Shown here one piece after another: positions 26,993 through 36,629 of a stretch of 64,000 bases of DNA. The stretch's first letter is position 1. Every line of letters begins with the position of its first letter. The position numbers and the translations under genes are program-made. This DNA comes from Spirochaetia bacterium (GTDB taxonomy: Bacteria; Spirochaetota; Spirochaetia; UBA9216), in the NCBI GenBank assembly GCA_963677925.2, contig CAXXYH010000004.1, positions 32,001 through 96,000 on the forward strand. Reading direction: 5' to 3'. The notes below the pieces were generated by a model. The model saw nothing but the letters and a program-made list of their open reading frames with translations, ran no database searches and was not told where the DNA came from.

Positions 26993-28129
26993 TCAGATTT
27001 CAACCCACTGCTGTTTTTCATTGCTCTCGAAGATTTTCTCACAGAGAATCATCTCGTGAAGACCGTCTTTCATTGTAGCATAGTCTCTGGGTGCATCAGG
27101 ATTATCGATGCTGTCATATACCTGTCTGAAGCACTGCTTGAATGCATCAGGAAATCCTTCAAGATGACCGATTGGATAGGCAACAACGGAACGGCTATCG
27201 GGGTGGACTGTTACAGGGCCTTTTTCAGACACTTCACAGAAACTGTCTTTTCTTCCGATTGTGAGTTTGTTGCAGAGCTCGCTGTCCCAGCAGGCAGATT
27301 TCTTGTATCCGCCGATCATGTAATCAATTGCAACAGATTTTCCGGCAATTACCTGTGAAAAGAAGGCGCTGCCCTTTGCCCCGTTCTCAAACTTGAAAAG
27401 CACACTTGCGCTGTCTTCAGTGTTGATTGGGATATCTTCATAATCAGCATCATCGAAGGTATCTGTTGAAAAGGCAAGGACCTGCTTTTTCGGTTTTTTA
27501 CGGACAGGATGAATGATTGAAAAGTCGGCACAGACAGCAGTTATCTTCTGTCCGGATACAAACTCAACAAGGTCCATCCAGTGTGAGCCGATGTCGGCTA
27601 CAGCACGGGTTCTTCCCGATTCCTTTGAACTGAGTCTCCAGCTGTAATCGGTAATGTTCAGAAGCCAGTCCTGTGTATATGTTCCGGTAATATTGAAGAT
27701 ATCACCAAGCTCTCCGTCACGTATAATGTTTCTCAGATGATGGTTCATTGGATAGAACCTGTTGTGATAATTAAGAGCTGCTATCAGACCTGTATCCTCA
27801 GCCTTCTTTGCAAGAATTTCAGCTTCCTCAATTGTTGTTGTCATCGGTTTTTCACAAAGAACATTTACTCCGTGATCGAGAGCGTACATAGCTATTTCAA
27901 AATGTGTATTATTAGGGGTACAGATGTGAACTACATCAAGATCCGCCATCTTAATCATTTCTTTGTAATCTGCGAAATATTCCGGAACAGTCATAGCCTC
28001 GGCAGTCTCTTTTGCTGAGACAGGATCTGCAACTGCAGCCACAGTTACATTTCCAAGACGTCTGATTGTTTCAATATGGATTCTACCTACGAATCCGGTA
28101 CCTATAACTCCAGCCCTGTAGACTTTCAT
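26993..28129 (-). CDS. Gfo/Idh/MocA family NAD-dependent oxidoreductase
   Basis: GVIGTGFVG, HICTPN..H, CEKP, ADIGSHWMD. Confidence 0.92.
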   Translation of the reverse strand: MKVYRAGVIGTGFVGRIHIETIRRLGNVTVAAVADPVSAKETAEAMTVPEYFADYKEMIKMADLDVVHICTPNNTHFEIAMYALDHGVNVLCEKPMTTTIEEAEILAKKAEDTGLIAALNYHNRFYPMNHHLRNIIRDGELGDIFNITGTYTQDWLLNITDYSWRLSSKESGRTRAVADIGSHWMDLVEFVSGQKITAVCADFSIIHPVRKKPKKQVLAFSTDTFDDADYEDIPINTEDSASVLFKFENGAKGSAFFSQVIAGKSVAIDYMIGGYKKSACWDSELCNKLTIGRKDSFCEVSEKGPVTVHPDSRSVVAYPIGHLEGFPDAFKQCFRQVYDSIDNPDAPRDYATMKDGLHEMILCEKIFESNEKQQWVEI

Positions 28130-28165
28130 TTTCCTTTTCTCCTATATGTAAATTAAACGGCAAAC

Positions 28166-29407
28166 TCAGGTATGGTTAACCCTGAGTGCGCCCTTATCTT
28201 CTCTTTCTTTTTTAAGTATCTCTGTGTATTTCTTGTTAAAAGTTGTACAGCCTACCGGGGTCTGTCTGATAAGAAGTTCAAGACAGTTGTCGCATACTGT
28301 ACACCACTTAATCTCGTTTTCTCTTCCCTCTCTAAGCTTCAGCGGAAGCAGCGGATCAGCAAAGGACTGCCGGCCGAGACCGATCATGTCTGCAACACCT
28401 CTTTCAATACACTGGGCTCCATAGCTGAACAGTGAACTGTCTTCCGGACTTACCGCACAGAGTTTGTTTTTTCCGTTTCTAAACGGTGAAAAGTTTGAAC
28501 CTATTACTACTGTTTCAGGCTTGAGCGCCTTCTTCATTTCCTTTGACCAGTACTGGTGCAGGTAGGCATAGTAAGGTACATGCCTGTCAACCTGGGTGAT
28601 ACTGATTGTTATTGACGGACTTCCTGCAGACTGAATAAAGTACTGCGCTCCTCTTTCCTCAAGACCCTTCACAAGCGCAAGCGGCTCGGTAAGATCCATT
28701 ACCGGTGAGTCGGGACCGTCGGTTCCAAAGCCGCCGGGAAAGCCTTCCCATGCTGAGATCTTTGAACCGATGAGGAAGTTAGAATCGTTTACGGCCTTAG
28801 CCATTTTCTCATACAGCTCAAAGGCAAAACGGCTTCTGTTTTCCCATGAACCGCCGTATTTCCACTTGCGGTCATTGTAGGGGCGAAGCAGCTGCGAACC
28901 GAAGTAGCCGTGGCAGAGCTTCATGTCTATTCCGTCGGCTCCGGCATCATGGGCAATCTTTGCTGCCAGAACAAAGTCATCCATTATCTTGTCTACTTCA
29001 TCCTCAGTGAGAACATCTCCGCCGTAGCCGTGCAGGGGTTTTACTGTGACCCGTCTTGAGAACTCCGGGTTTGACAGTTCGCCTGAATGGGTAAGCTGAA
29101 ATATAAACAGGGTGTCGGGGTTTGCATCCTTAACTTCTTTTACAAACTTTGTAAGCGGCTCCCTGTTGGGCTCCATGATCATCAGCTGGTTGTCTCTTGC
29201 CCGGCTTTCACGGGTTACTGATATTGCTTCAAGTGAGATAAGACCGGCTTCACCCTTTGCCAGAGTTTTGTATCTTTCGGTTGTATCGGCTGACGGATTT
29301 CCTGTTTCATCCTCATCGTTGCATTCCATTGCCTGGATGAAAAACCTGTTCTTACACGTTCTGTTTCCTATTTTTATTTCGCTTAATAATGTCTCTTTGT
29401 AACTCAT
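28166..29407 (-). CDS. NADH:flavin oxidoreductase / old yellow enzyme family protein with C-terminal Cys cluster (copy A)
   Basis: KNRF...AM, QLTHSG, AGADGIDMKLCHGY, YGGSWENRSRF, GRQSFADP, CTVCDNC...C. Confidence 0.85.
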   Translation of the reverse strand: MSYKETLLSEIKIGNRTCKNRFFIQAMECNDEDETGNPSADTTERYKTLAKGEAGLISLEAISVTRESRARDNQLMIMEPNREPLTKFVKEVKDANPDTLFIFQLTHSGELSNPEFSRRVTVKPLHGYGGDVLTEDEVDKIMDDFVLAAKIAHDAGADGIDMKLCHGYFGSQLLRPYNDRKWKYGGSWENRSRFAFELYEKMAKAVNDSNFLIGSKISAWEGFPGGFGTDGPDSPVMDLTEPLALVKGLEERGAQYFIQSAGSPSITISITQVDRHVPYYAYLHQYWSKEMKKALKPETVVIGSNFSPFRNGKNKLCAVSPEDSSLFSYGAQCIERGVADMIGLGRQSFADPLLPLKLREGRENEIKWCTVCDNCLELLIRQTPVGCTTFNKKYTEILKKEREDKGALRVNHT

Positions 29408-29420
29408 TCCTTCTTCCTGT
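28168..29420. repeat. Long direct repeat copy A (~1.25 kb), paired with 33099..34351
   Basis: Hand alignment gave ~37 substitutions and no indels (~97%), covering the CDS plus 13 nt of RBS region. Confidence 0.95.
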
Positions 29421-29486
29421 CCGCAGTATAAAATTAATCATAATTGAAAAACCCGCTGCTTCAAAATATCAGACTCTTTTAAATAT

Positions 29487-29528
29487 GGGCATCCCTGACC
29501 ACAGTAATTCATGAGGTCAGGAACGCCC
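29487..29528 (-). other. 14-bp RNA stem-loop 3' of the solute-binding protein gene (stabiliser or weak terminator)
   Basis: Minus strand GGGCGUUCCUGACC...GGUCAGGGAUGCCC pairs fully with two G-U pairs on that strand only; no clear U tract. Confidence 0.6.
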
Positions 29529-29559
29529 GGCAGTTGATTTACCTTAATTTAAGGCCGGC

Positions 29560-30510
29560 TCAGTATGCGTTACCTGCAAACTGGTCAACATTATCCTTTG
29601 TTACAACATAAGTAGGTGCAATGTTGTCTTTGTCGAAAGAACCGCCTTTAAGGATTTCTTTTGCAAGCCTTACAGCGTCACCGCCCATTGTCGGGAAGTA
29701 TGACATTGATGCTGTAAGAAGTGTGTTATCAGCCTTAATCATAGCATAAGCTGATTTAGCACCGCCCATACCTGTTACAAACTTAACATCGTCTCTGCCT
29801 GCGTTATCAATTGCGGTCATAACGCCGATAGCAGTTTCATCATCCTGTGTGTAAACTGCATCGATGTGAGGATATGCAGGAATGATGTTACTCATAGCCT
29901 TAAGACCGGCTTCCTGATTGAACTCACCATCGCCTTCTACGAGGATTTTGATTCCGGGAAATTCAGCTGCGAGGGTTTCCTGAAAACCGTTAAAGCGCTG
30001 AATATCGATAGGAATTCCAACATAGCTGTGAAGAGCAACAATATCACCCTTACCGTTCAGTTTTTCACCGAAGTATCTTGCAGCGTTTACACCGCATGCA
30101 TAATTGTCTCCTGCAAGAAGAACGGTATACTTGTCGCTGGCAATGGCTCTGTCAACGATCATCAGCTTGATTCCGGCATCATAGATATCTTCACAGATTG
30201 GGGTCATCAGTGTTCCGTTACCCGGCAGACAGATGATCATATCATAGTTGTCAGCCTTGAAGGTCTGAAGCATATTAAGCTGATCAGCATCGTCAACTGC
30301 ACTCTTAACTACGAATGAAAATTCATCAACATCCTTTTTGCTTTCTTCAAGAACTGAATCAAGCATCTTTGCCTGCCATGAGTTGTTTGCAGGCGGCAGT
30401 GAAACTGCTACTCTGAAAACATCACCATCTGTTTCACCCTGTCCTGCGGCAAATACCATTGCAGGGACCAGCATCATTACTGCAAGTACAATAAATACAG
30501 CTTTTTTCAT
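29560..30510 (-). CDS. Sugar ABC transporter substrate-binding protein (RbsB-like)
   Basis: Signal peptide ending VFA-AGQGE (spirochaete style), VDR, GDNY, RFNGF, AVYTQDD. Confidence 0.9.
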   Translation of the reverse strand: MKKAVFIVLAVMMLVPAMVFAAGQGETDGDVFRVAVSLPPANNSWQAKMLDSVLEESKKDVDEFSFVVKSAVDDADQLNMLQTFKADNYDMIICLPGNGTLMTPICEDIYDAGIKLMIVDRAIASDKYTVLLAGDNYACGVNAARYFGEKLNGKGDIVALHSYVGIPIDIQRFNGFQETLAAEFPGIKILVEGDGEFNQEAGLKAMSNIIPAYPHIDAVYTQDDETAIGVMTAIDNAGRDDVKFVTGMGGAKSAYAMIKADNTLLTASMSYFPTMGGDAVRLAKEILKGGSFDKDNIAPTYVVTKDNVDQFAGNAY

Positions 30511-30550
30511 CTTTTTTACTCCTCCTGGACATAAAAATTATTTATCAGAA

Positions 30551-30575
30551 TTCGTTCAGGCAGCGCCTGAACGAA
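30551..30575. other. Perfect 11-bp hairpin between permease and SBP genes
   Basis: TTCGTTCAGGC-agc-GCCTGAACGAA. Confidence 0.6.
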
Positions 30576-30586
30576 CAACTGCCGAA

Positions 30587-31570
30587 CTATTTTTCGCGTC
30601 TCTGACTGAGAACGGCGAAGAGTATTACAGCGCCTTTTACTGCGCCTGAAAGATACGGAGATATGTTGAGCATTATCATCATGTTGTTGACGATACCGAG
30701 GATTATAAATCCGACGATCGTACCGATAAGCCTGCCCCTTCCTCCGTTAAGCGAAGTTCCCCCGACAATTACGGCTGTTATTGCCTCAAACTCATACTGG
30801 GAGCCTGAAGTGGTAGCAGCTACTGCAGCCATTCTTGACATCTCTATCACTGCAGCCATACCGGTACAGAGGCCGACAAGCATGTAGGTAAGAATCTTTA
30901 CACGATCGACCTTTACCCCCGAATAGCGTGCTGCATTCTCATTCCCGCCTACTGCGAAGACATAGGTACCGAACTTCGAGCGTGTTAAAACAGCATGAAG
31001 TATGAGAGCAAGTACAACGGCAGTTAGAAACGGGATGGGGATCATCAGAAAAGATCCGTTTCCAATTCCGGTGAATGACCTGATATTGTTTCCCATAATT
31101 GTCGCACCTCTGCAGAAGTACATAACGATTGAACGGGCCATAATCCCCACTGCCAATGTAACGATAAATGGAGGCAGTTTTGCTTTTGTAATTATCAAAC
31201 CGTTGATAAGACCTATTAATGTTGCAATGCCCAGACAGGCAAGAATGGGGATTATCAACGGCATAGCAGGTTCACCTGCCTCATTCACCATTTTCTGAAG
31301 AAAGATCAGAGCTGCCCCGGAGGTTGCCAGGACCGGTCCGCTTGAAAGATCTATTCCGCCTGCAATAATTACGAAGGTCATTCCCAGAGCAATAATTCCT
31401 ACAATGGACGTATTTCTCAGAATATTAAGCAGGTTATTAGGCCGCAGAAACCGTGGAGCAACCAGACCGCAGATAAGCAGAATGGCTATGAAGACTACAA
31501 CAATGCTGTAATCTTTCCAGATTCTTCCGGCTATTTTAAGTAATCTGTTCTGTTGTTTCAGTTCTTCCAT
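30587..31570 (-). CDS. Sugar ABC transporter permease (RbsC-like)
   Basis: GGIDLSSG, PPFIVTL, GGNENAARYSG, AVIVGGTSL.GG.G. Confidence 0.93.
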   Translation of the reverse strand: MEELKQQNRLLKIAGRIWKDYSIVVVFIAILLICGLVAPRFLRPNNLLNILRNTSIVGIIALGMTFVIIAGGIDLSSGPVLATSGAALIFLQKMVNEAGEPAMPLIIPILACLGIATLIGLINGLIITKAKLPPFIVTLAVGIMARSIVMYFCRGATIMGNNIRSFTGIGNGSFLMIPIPFLTAVVLALILHAVLTRSKFGTYVFAVGGNENAARYSGVKVDRVKILTYMLVGLCTGMAAVIEMSRMAAVAATTSGSQYEFEAITAVIVGGTSLNGGRGRLIGTIVGFIILGIVNNMMIMLNISPYLSGAVKGAVILFAVLSQRREK

Positions 31571-31579
31571 ATCTAATTC

Positions 31580-33067
31580 CTATACATTCGTAGCCAGGTA
31601 GACTATTTTGTTTTCATCAAGTTCCGAACATTCAAGTTCTCCGGTTTTCCGGCCTTCATGCATCACAATTACACGCTGGCTTATAGCCATCACTTCCTGC
31701 ATATCCGAACTGACCACAATAATTCCGATTCCTGAGGCCGCCAGTTCGCTTATAATTTTATAAATCTCCTGCCTTGCCCCGACATCAACTCCTCTTGTGG
31801 GTTCATCGAGGATGAGGATCTTTGCATCACTTAAAAGCCATTTGGCAAGTGACACTTTCTGCTGATTTCCGCCGCTTAGTGTAGAAACGGTCTGAGCCTG
31901 ACTGCTGCAGCGGATTCGCAGTTTCTCAATCATTTTTTTGGTATTCTCAGAACTTTTTCTTTCATTCCTGAAAAAGCCTTTGTTCTTATGCCAGAATACA
32001 TAGTTCGAGTTTTCAAGAATATTTCTGCATAAAACCAGTCCCGTATCTTTACGGTCTTCTGTTACAAGCCCGATGTTGTTACTGATTGCATCAAGAGTAC
32101 TCCTGATATTTACCTTCTTTCCGTCCAGATAGATTTCACCGGACAGCGGAGTCCTCATACCAAAGATAACTTCCATAAGCTCAGTACGGCCTGCTCCGAC
32201 AAGACCGCTGAAGCAAAGAATTTCACCTCTTCTCAGCTGAAAACTTATATCCTTAAGCATGTTATCCGAAATATTTTTAACCTCAAGGAGAATATCATCA
32301 GGATCTCCGCAGAAATCGCCGGCTTTTGAATCGGGAATTTTTCTACCTACCATCATTTCAGCAATCTCTTTCTCGGTTATATCAGCTACAGCCTTTGTCC
32401 CTACAAAGGTTCCGTCACGAAGTACAGTAACGCTCTGGCAGACATCCTTTATTTCTTTTAACCGATGTGAGATGTAGATAATTGAAATTCCGTCTGAACT
32501 AAGATTTCTCATCAGTTCGAACATAATTTCAGTCTCTTTTCCTGTAAGGACCGCAGTAGGCTCATCCATTATCAGAAGTTCGACATTGAAGGAAATGGCC
32601 TTTGCAATTTCAACCATCTGCTTCTGGGCTATCTTCAAATCCTTAACTTTGGTCTTCGGGTCGAGATCCTGATCAAGTTTTTTCAGAAGGCTGCCTGCTA
32701 CAATATTCATCTCGTTAAAGTCAATCAGCCCGTTTTTCTTTCTTGGTTCCCGGCACAGGAATATATTCTGTGCGATCGTGAGATCGTCGATCAGGTTCAG
32801 CTCCTGGTGAATCATTGAGATACCGAATGCCTGGACCTCCAGAGGTCCGGCATTCCGCTTAATATGTTCACCATTAAAATAAACTTCACCTTCTTCCTGT
32901 TCATAAATGCCGGAAAGGATCTTCATAAGGGTTGATTTACCGGCTCCGTTTTCTCCGCAGAGCGCTCTAATCTCTCCCTTATTAAGGCTGAAATCCACCT
33001 GATGGAGAACTTCAACCCCGTAGAACTCTTTACTAATTCCCTGCATTTCCAGCAGTTTAGACATCAT
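31580..33067 (-). CDS. Sugar ABC transporter ATP-binding protein (RbsA-like, tandem NBD)
   Basis: GENGAGKST, MDEPT, LSGGNQQK, LDEPTRGVDVG. Confidence 0.95.
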   Translation of the reverse strand: MMSKLLEMQGISKEFYGVEVLHQVDFSLNKGEIRALCGENGAGKSTLMKILSGIYEQEEGEVYFNGEHIKRNAGPLEVQAFGISMIHQELNLIDDLTIAQNIFLCREPRKKNGLIDFNEMNIVAGSLLKKLDQDLDPKTKVKDLKIAQKQMVEIAKAISFNVELLIMDEPTAVLTGKETEIMFELMRNLSSDGISIIYISHRLKEIKDVCQSVTVLRDGTFVGTKAVADITEKEIAEMMVGRKIPDSKAGDFCGDPDDILLEVKNISDNMLKDISFQLRRGEILCFSGLVGAGRTELMEVIFGMRTPLSGEIYLDGKKVNIRSTLDAISNNIGLVTEDRKDTGLVLCRNILENSNYVFWHKNKGFFRNERKSSENTKKMIEKLRIRCSSQAQTVSTLSGGNQQKVSLAKWLLSDAKILILDEPTRGVDVGARQEIYKIISELAASGIGIIVVSSDMQEVMAISQRVIVMHEGRKTGELECSELDENKIVYLATNV

Positions 33068-33096
33068 AAACCCCTTAAACCTGAATAATCCTGCGC

Positions 33097-34338
33097 CTAG
33101 GTATGGTTAACCCTGAGTGCGCCCTTATCTTCTCTTTCTTTTTTAAGTATCTCTGTGTATTTCTTGTTAAAGGTTGTACAGCCTACCGGGGTCTGTCTGA
33201 TAAGAAGTTCAAGACAGTTGTCGCATACTGTACACCACTTAATCTCGTTTTCTCTTCCCTCTCTAAGCTTCAGCGGAAGCAGCGGATCTGCAAAAGACTG
33301 CCGGCCGAGACCGATCATGTCTGCTACACCTCTTTCAATACACTGGGCTCCATAGCTGAACAGTGAACTGTCCTCAGGACTTACCGCACAGAGTTTGTTC
33401 TTTCCGTTTCTAAACGGTGAAAAGTTTGAACCTATTACTACTGTTTCAGGCTTTAGAGCCTTCTTCATTTCTTTTGACCAGTACTGGTGCAGGTAGGCGT
33501 AGTAAGGCACATGCCTGTCAACCTGGGTGATACTGATTGTTATTGACGGACTTCCTGCAGACTGAATAAAGTACTGCGCTCCTCTTTCCTCAAGACCCTT
33601 CACAAGTGCAAGCGGCTCGGTAAGATCCATTACAGGTGAATCGGGACCGTCTGTTCCGAACCCGCCGGGAAAACCTTCCCATGCCGAGATCTTTGAACCG
33701 ATGAGGAAGTTCGGATCGTTTACAGCCTTAGCCATTTTCTCATACAGCTCAAAGGCAAAACGGCTTCTGTTTTCCCATGAACCGCCGTATTTCCACTTAC
33801 GGTCATTGTAGGGGCGAAGCAGCTGTGAACCGAAATAGCCGTGGCAGAGCTTCATATCTATTCCGTCGGCTCCGGCATCATGGGCTATCTTTGCCGCAAG
33901 TACAAAGTCATCCATTATCTTGTCTACTTCATCCTCGGTGAGAACATCTCCGCCGTAGCCGTGCAGGGGTTTTACTGTGACCCGTCTTGAAAACTCGGGG
34001 TTTGACAGTTCGCCTGAATGGGTAAGCTGAAATATAAACAGGGTGTCGGGGTTTGCATCCTTAACTTCTTTTACAAACTTTGTAAGCGGCTCCCTGTTGG
34101 GCTCCATGATCATCAGCTGGTTGTCTCTTGCCCGGCTTTCACGGGTTACTGATATTGCTTCAAGTGAGATAAGACCGGCTTCACCCTTTGCCAGAGTTTT
34201 GTATCTTTCGGTTGTATCGGATGACGGGTTTCCTGTTTCATCCTCATCGTTGCATTCCATTGCCTGGATGAAAAACCTGTTCTTACACGTTCTGTTTCCT
34301 ATTTTTAGTTCGCTTAATAATGTCTCTTTGTAACTCAT
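33097..34338 (-). CDS. NADH:flavin oxidoreductase / old yellow enzyme family protein (copy B)
   Basis: 410/413 aa identical to copy A (I/L, A/S, S/P differences). Confidence 0.85.
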   Translation of the reverse strand: MSYKETLLSELKIGNRTCKNRFFIQAMECNDEDETGNPSSDTTERYKTLAKGEAGLISLEAISVTRESRARDNQLMIMEPNREPLTKFVKEVKDANPDTLFIFQLTHSGELSNPEFSRRVTVKPLHGYGGDVLTEDEVDKIMDDFVLAAKIAHDAGADGIDMKLCHGYFGSQLLRPYNDRKWKYGGSWENRSRFAFELYEKMAKAVNDPNFLIGSKISAWEGFPGGFGTDGPDSPVMDLTEPLALVKGLEERGAQYFIQSAGSPSITISITQVDRHVPYYAYLHQYWSKEMKKALKPETVVIGSNFSPFRNGKNKLCAVSPEDSSLFSYGAQCIERGVADMIGLGRQSFADPLLPLKLREGRENEIKWCTVCDNCLELLIRQTPVGCTTFNKKYTEILKKEREDKGALRVNHT

Positions 34339-34351
34339 TCCTTCTTCCTGT
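33099..34351. repeat. Long direct repeat copy B (offset 4931 bp from copy A)
   Basis: Same hand alignment as copy A. Confidence 0.95.
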
Positions 34352-34361
34352 AAAATATTCT

Positions 34362-35669
34362 TTAACTGCTGTGTGCAGCTTTATAGTAGCCTTCAAGATA
34401 AGACCCGATATGTTCGAGTATCAGATCTTCTGCATTCATATTTTTTTGATTCTTCATAATCCGGATAAACTCAAGCGGCATATACTGGCTCAGCATCGAA
34501 AGAGGAACCTCTGCCTTCTTGATGTTATTGATCAGCGTTTCGATTGATGCTTTAACTTCCGGATTTCCCTGATAATACCGGGCCCTGTCGGAAAAACTGT
34601 ATTTTCTTGCAATTCTTACTTTTTCCTCATCACCGCGGTAATGCTTTTCCCAGTATCCCGGAGCCTCAACCATCACACGGTCAAGAACCGATGAAAAATT
34701 CGAAAGCTTTTCATCTGCATTCCGGTACAGCTCCTTCTCAATCATTTCAAGTGAATAGAGTGCCTCCCTGAGCGCAAAGGTCAAAGCAGGCCCTACCTTC
34801 AAAAATGCAATACCGTCCTCCACCATCATCCGGAGCGAATCTTCACTCTGGTAATCTGTAGAGTGCCCTTCAAAGACAAGCCCCAGATTCTTTTTGCCGT
34901 ATTCCGACAAAGCTGCCATGTTCGCCCTGCTGTAGTGGAAAACTTCAGAATCACCGAACTCCACACCGGTCTGCACAACTATGGCAAGAACCCTGCTGAA
35001 AGCATCTTCAAGTCCGGCATTTTTAAAAACCTCGCTGTAGGTTCTGTATGTGCCTGAACAGTCTTCGATTGAAGTTACGATTGAATCTTCGTCTTCACCG
35101 GTAAACCCGCCGGGCACCGGAACCTCGCTTCCGATTACATAAACCGGAACCTCAGAATCAGGAAAAGCAGCTAGCCTCTCTGCAAAAGCACTTTCAGCGG
35201 CGCGACAGAGCCTTGCTCCCCTCTGTGCAACAGCCTCAACTGCCAGCGGTTCACTTTCAGAATCGGTTCCCAGTCTCATTGATGTATCCAGATGGATCTT
35301 GGTAAATCCCGCCAGGACATATTCACGGACAAGATCCTCCGCGTACTGCATAGCTTCATCTTCAGGAAGGCTGCTGCGTGTAAGGGGTCCAAGATGGTCG
35401 CCGCCAAGAATTATCCTTTCTTCAGGAAAATCCATGCCGGCTGCGATCCTTTTTATAAAGACTGTAAAATCCGCAGGCTTCATCCCGGTGTATCCGCCGT
35501 TCTGATCCACCTGATTAGCTGTTGCCTCAATCAGAACAGGGACATCAAACTCGGCAGCTTTTTTCATAGCCGCTTTTATTGCAAATTCATTTGCAGTACA
35601 GATTGATGTAATACCGGCAGCAGCACCGCTTTTCTGTTTATTTACAATCTCTGAAAGATACCTGCTCAT
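34362..35669 (-). CDS. gatZ: GatZ/KbaZ family protein, probable tagatose-6-phosphate 4-epimerase
   Basis: LIEATANQVDQ.GGYTGM, GGDHLGP, KIHLDTS, YVIGSEVP, EGHSTDYQ, LKVGPALTF, SDR.RYY; no GatY/KbaY partner in the locus. Confidence 0.88.
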   Translation of the reverse strand: MSRYLSEIVNKQKSGAAAGITSICTANEFAIKAAMKKAAEFDVPVLIEATANQVDQNGGYTGMKPADFTVFIKRIAAGMDFPEERIILGGDHLGPLTRSSLPEDEAMQYAEDLVREYVLAGFTKIHLDTSMRLGTDSESEPLAVEAVAQRGARLCRAAESAFAERLAAFPDSEVPVYVIGSEVPVPGGFTGEDEDSIVTSIEDCSGTYRTYSEVFKNAGLEDAFSRVLAIVVQTGVEFGDSEVFHYSRANMAALSEYGKKNLGLVFEGHSTDYQSEDSLRMMVEDGIAFLKVGPALTFALREALYSLEMIEKELYRNADEKLSNFSSVLDRVMVEAPGYWEKHYRGDEEKVRIARKYSFSDRARYYQGNPEVKASIETLINNIKKAEVPLSMLSQYMPLEFIRIMKNQKNMNAEDLILEHIGSYLEGYYKAAHSS

Positions 35670-35671
35670 TA

Positions 35672-36616
35672 TCAGCCCCGCTCTCCGGTTTCAATCATAT
35701 TTTTCACAGTCTCAGGGGAAATATCACCTTCCATCGGACCGAATGCTGAGGTATTAAGTGCGCCTGCAGCTGATGCCTGGTCGATAATTTCATCAAGCGG
35801 TTTATTCTCAAGAAGTCCGCAGATAAAAGCACCGTCAAAACTGTCGCCGGCCCCTGTTGCATCAACAGGTTTTATTTTAAATACTCCACGTTCTGAAGTT
35901 TCTGTTTTTGTGTATACAGAGCATCCTTTAGAGCCCCGCTTTAGAGTAAGGATTTCAAACCCCTCAATCTGAAAACACTTCTCAACTGCTTTTTCAATAT
36001 CAGTCTCATCCGTAAGAAGAAGCAGTTCATCAACTCCAGGCATAAAGACCGATGTATTTTCGAAAACTTCCCTGACAATCGTCATAACGGATGGATCTTT
36101 CATAAGCTCGGGCCTGATGTTCGGATCAAAGCTTATTTTTGCTCCAAGCGATTTTGCAAGATGAACCGTCTTCACGATTTCTTTTGCGAAATCCTTATCA
36201 GCCATTAACGAACATCCCATGACATGGAAAAACTTAATCCCTTCCAAATCATCAGCAGAAGGAGCCTTGGGAAGAACCGCCGGGGTATTACCAATATGAT
36301 AGATAAACTTCCTTGAACCGTCTTCAAAATAGGTTACAAAGGCAACACCCGTAGTTCCGGAAGCATCAACAAGAATTTTAGAGCAGTTAACACCGTCTTC
36401 CTTCATGCGGTCTGTTAGACATTTACCGAAATCATCATCACCCACCCCGCCGATAATTCCTGCAGAATGGCCCAGCCTTGCTACCGTGTCTATGAATATT
36501 GCGGGAGCTCCGCTTGGATAAGGGCCTTTAAATAATCCAGCCTTATTTAACTCCATTCCGGCATCGGGTCTCATGATCTCTACAATCATTTCACCCATTG
36601 TCCATACTTCTGACAT
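35672..36616 (-). CDS. PfkB family sugar kinase (tagatose kinase-like)
   Basis: GEMIVEIM...GPYPSGAPAIFID, FDPNIR, DATGAGDSF. Confidence 0.88.
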   Translation of the reverse strand: MSEVWTMGEMIVEIMRPDAGMELNKAGLFKGPYPSGAPAIFIDTVARLGHSAGIIGGVGDDDFGKCLTDRMKEDGVNCSKILVDASGTTGVAFVTYFEDGSRKFIYHIGNTPAVLPKAPSADDLEGIKFFHVMGCSLMADKDFAKEIVKTVHLAKSLGAKISFDPNIRPELMKDPSVMTIVREVFENTSVFMPGVDELLLLTDETDIEKAVEKCFQIEGFEILTLKRGSKGCSVYTKTETSERGVFKIKPVDATGAGDSFDGAFICGLLENKPLDEIIDQASAAGALNTSAFGPMEGDISPETVKNMIETGERG

Positions 36617-36629
36617 ACTTAATCCTTTC

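Noticed and set aside
28168-34351. Direct repeats read as a composite transposon or IS pair
   Set aside because: The repeats are enzyme genes, with no transposase, terminal inverted repeats or target duplication seen.
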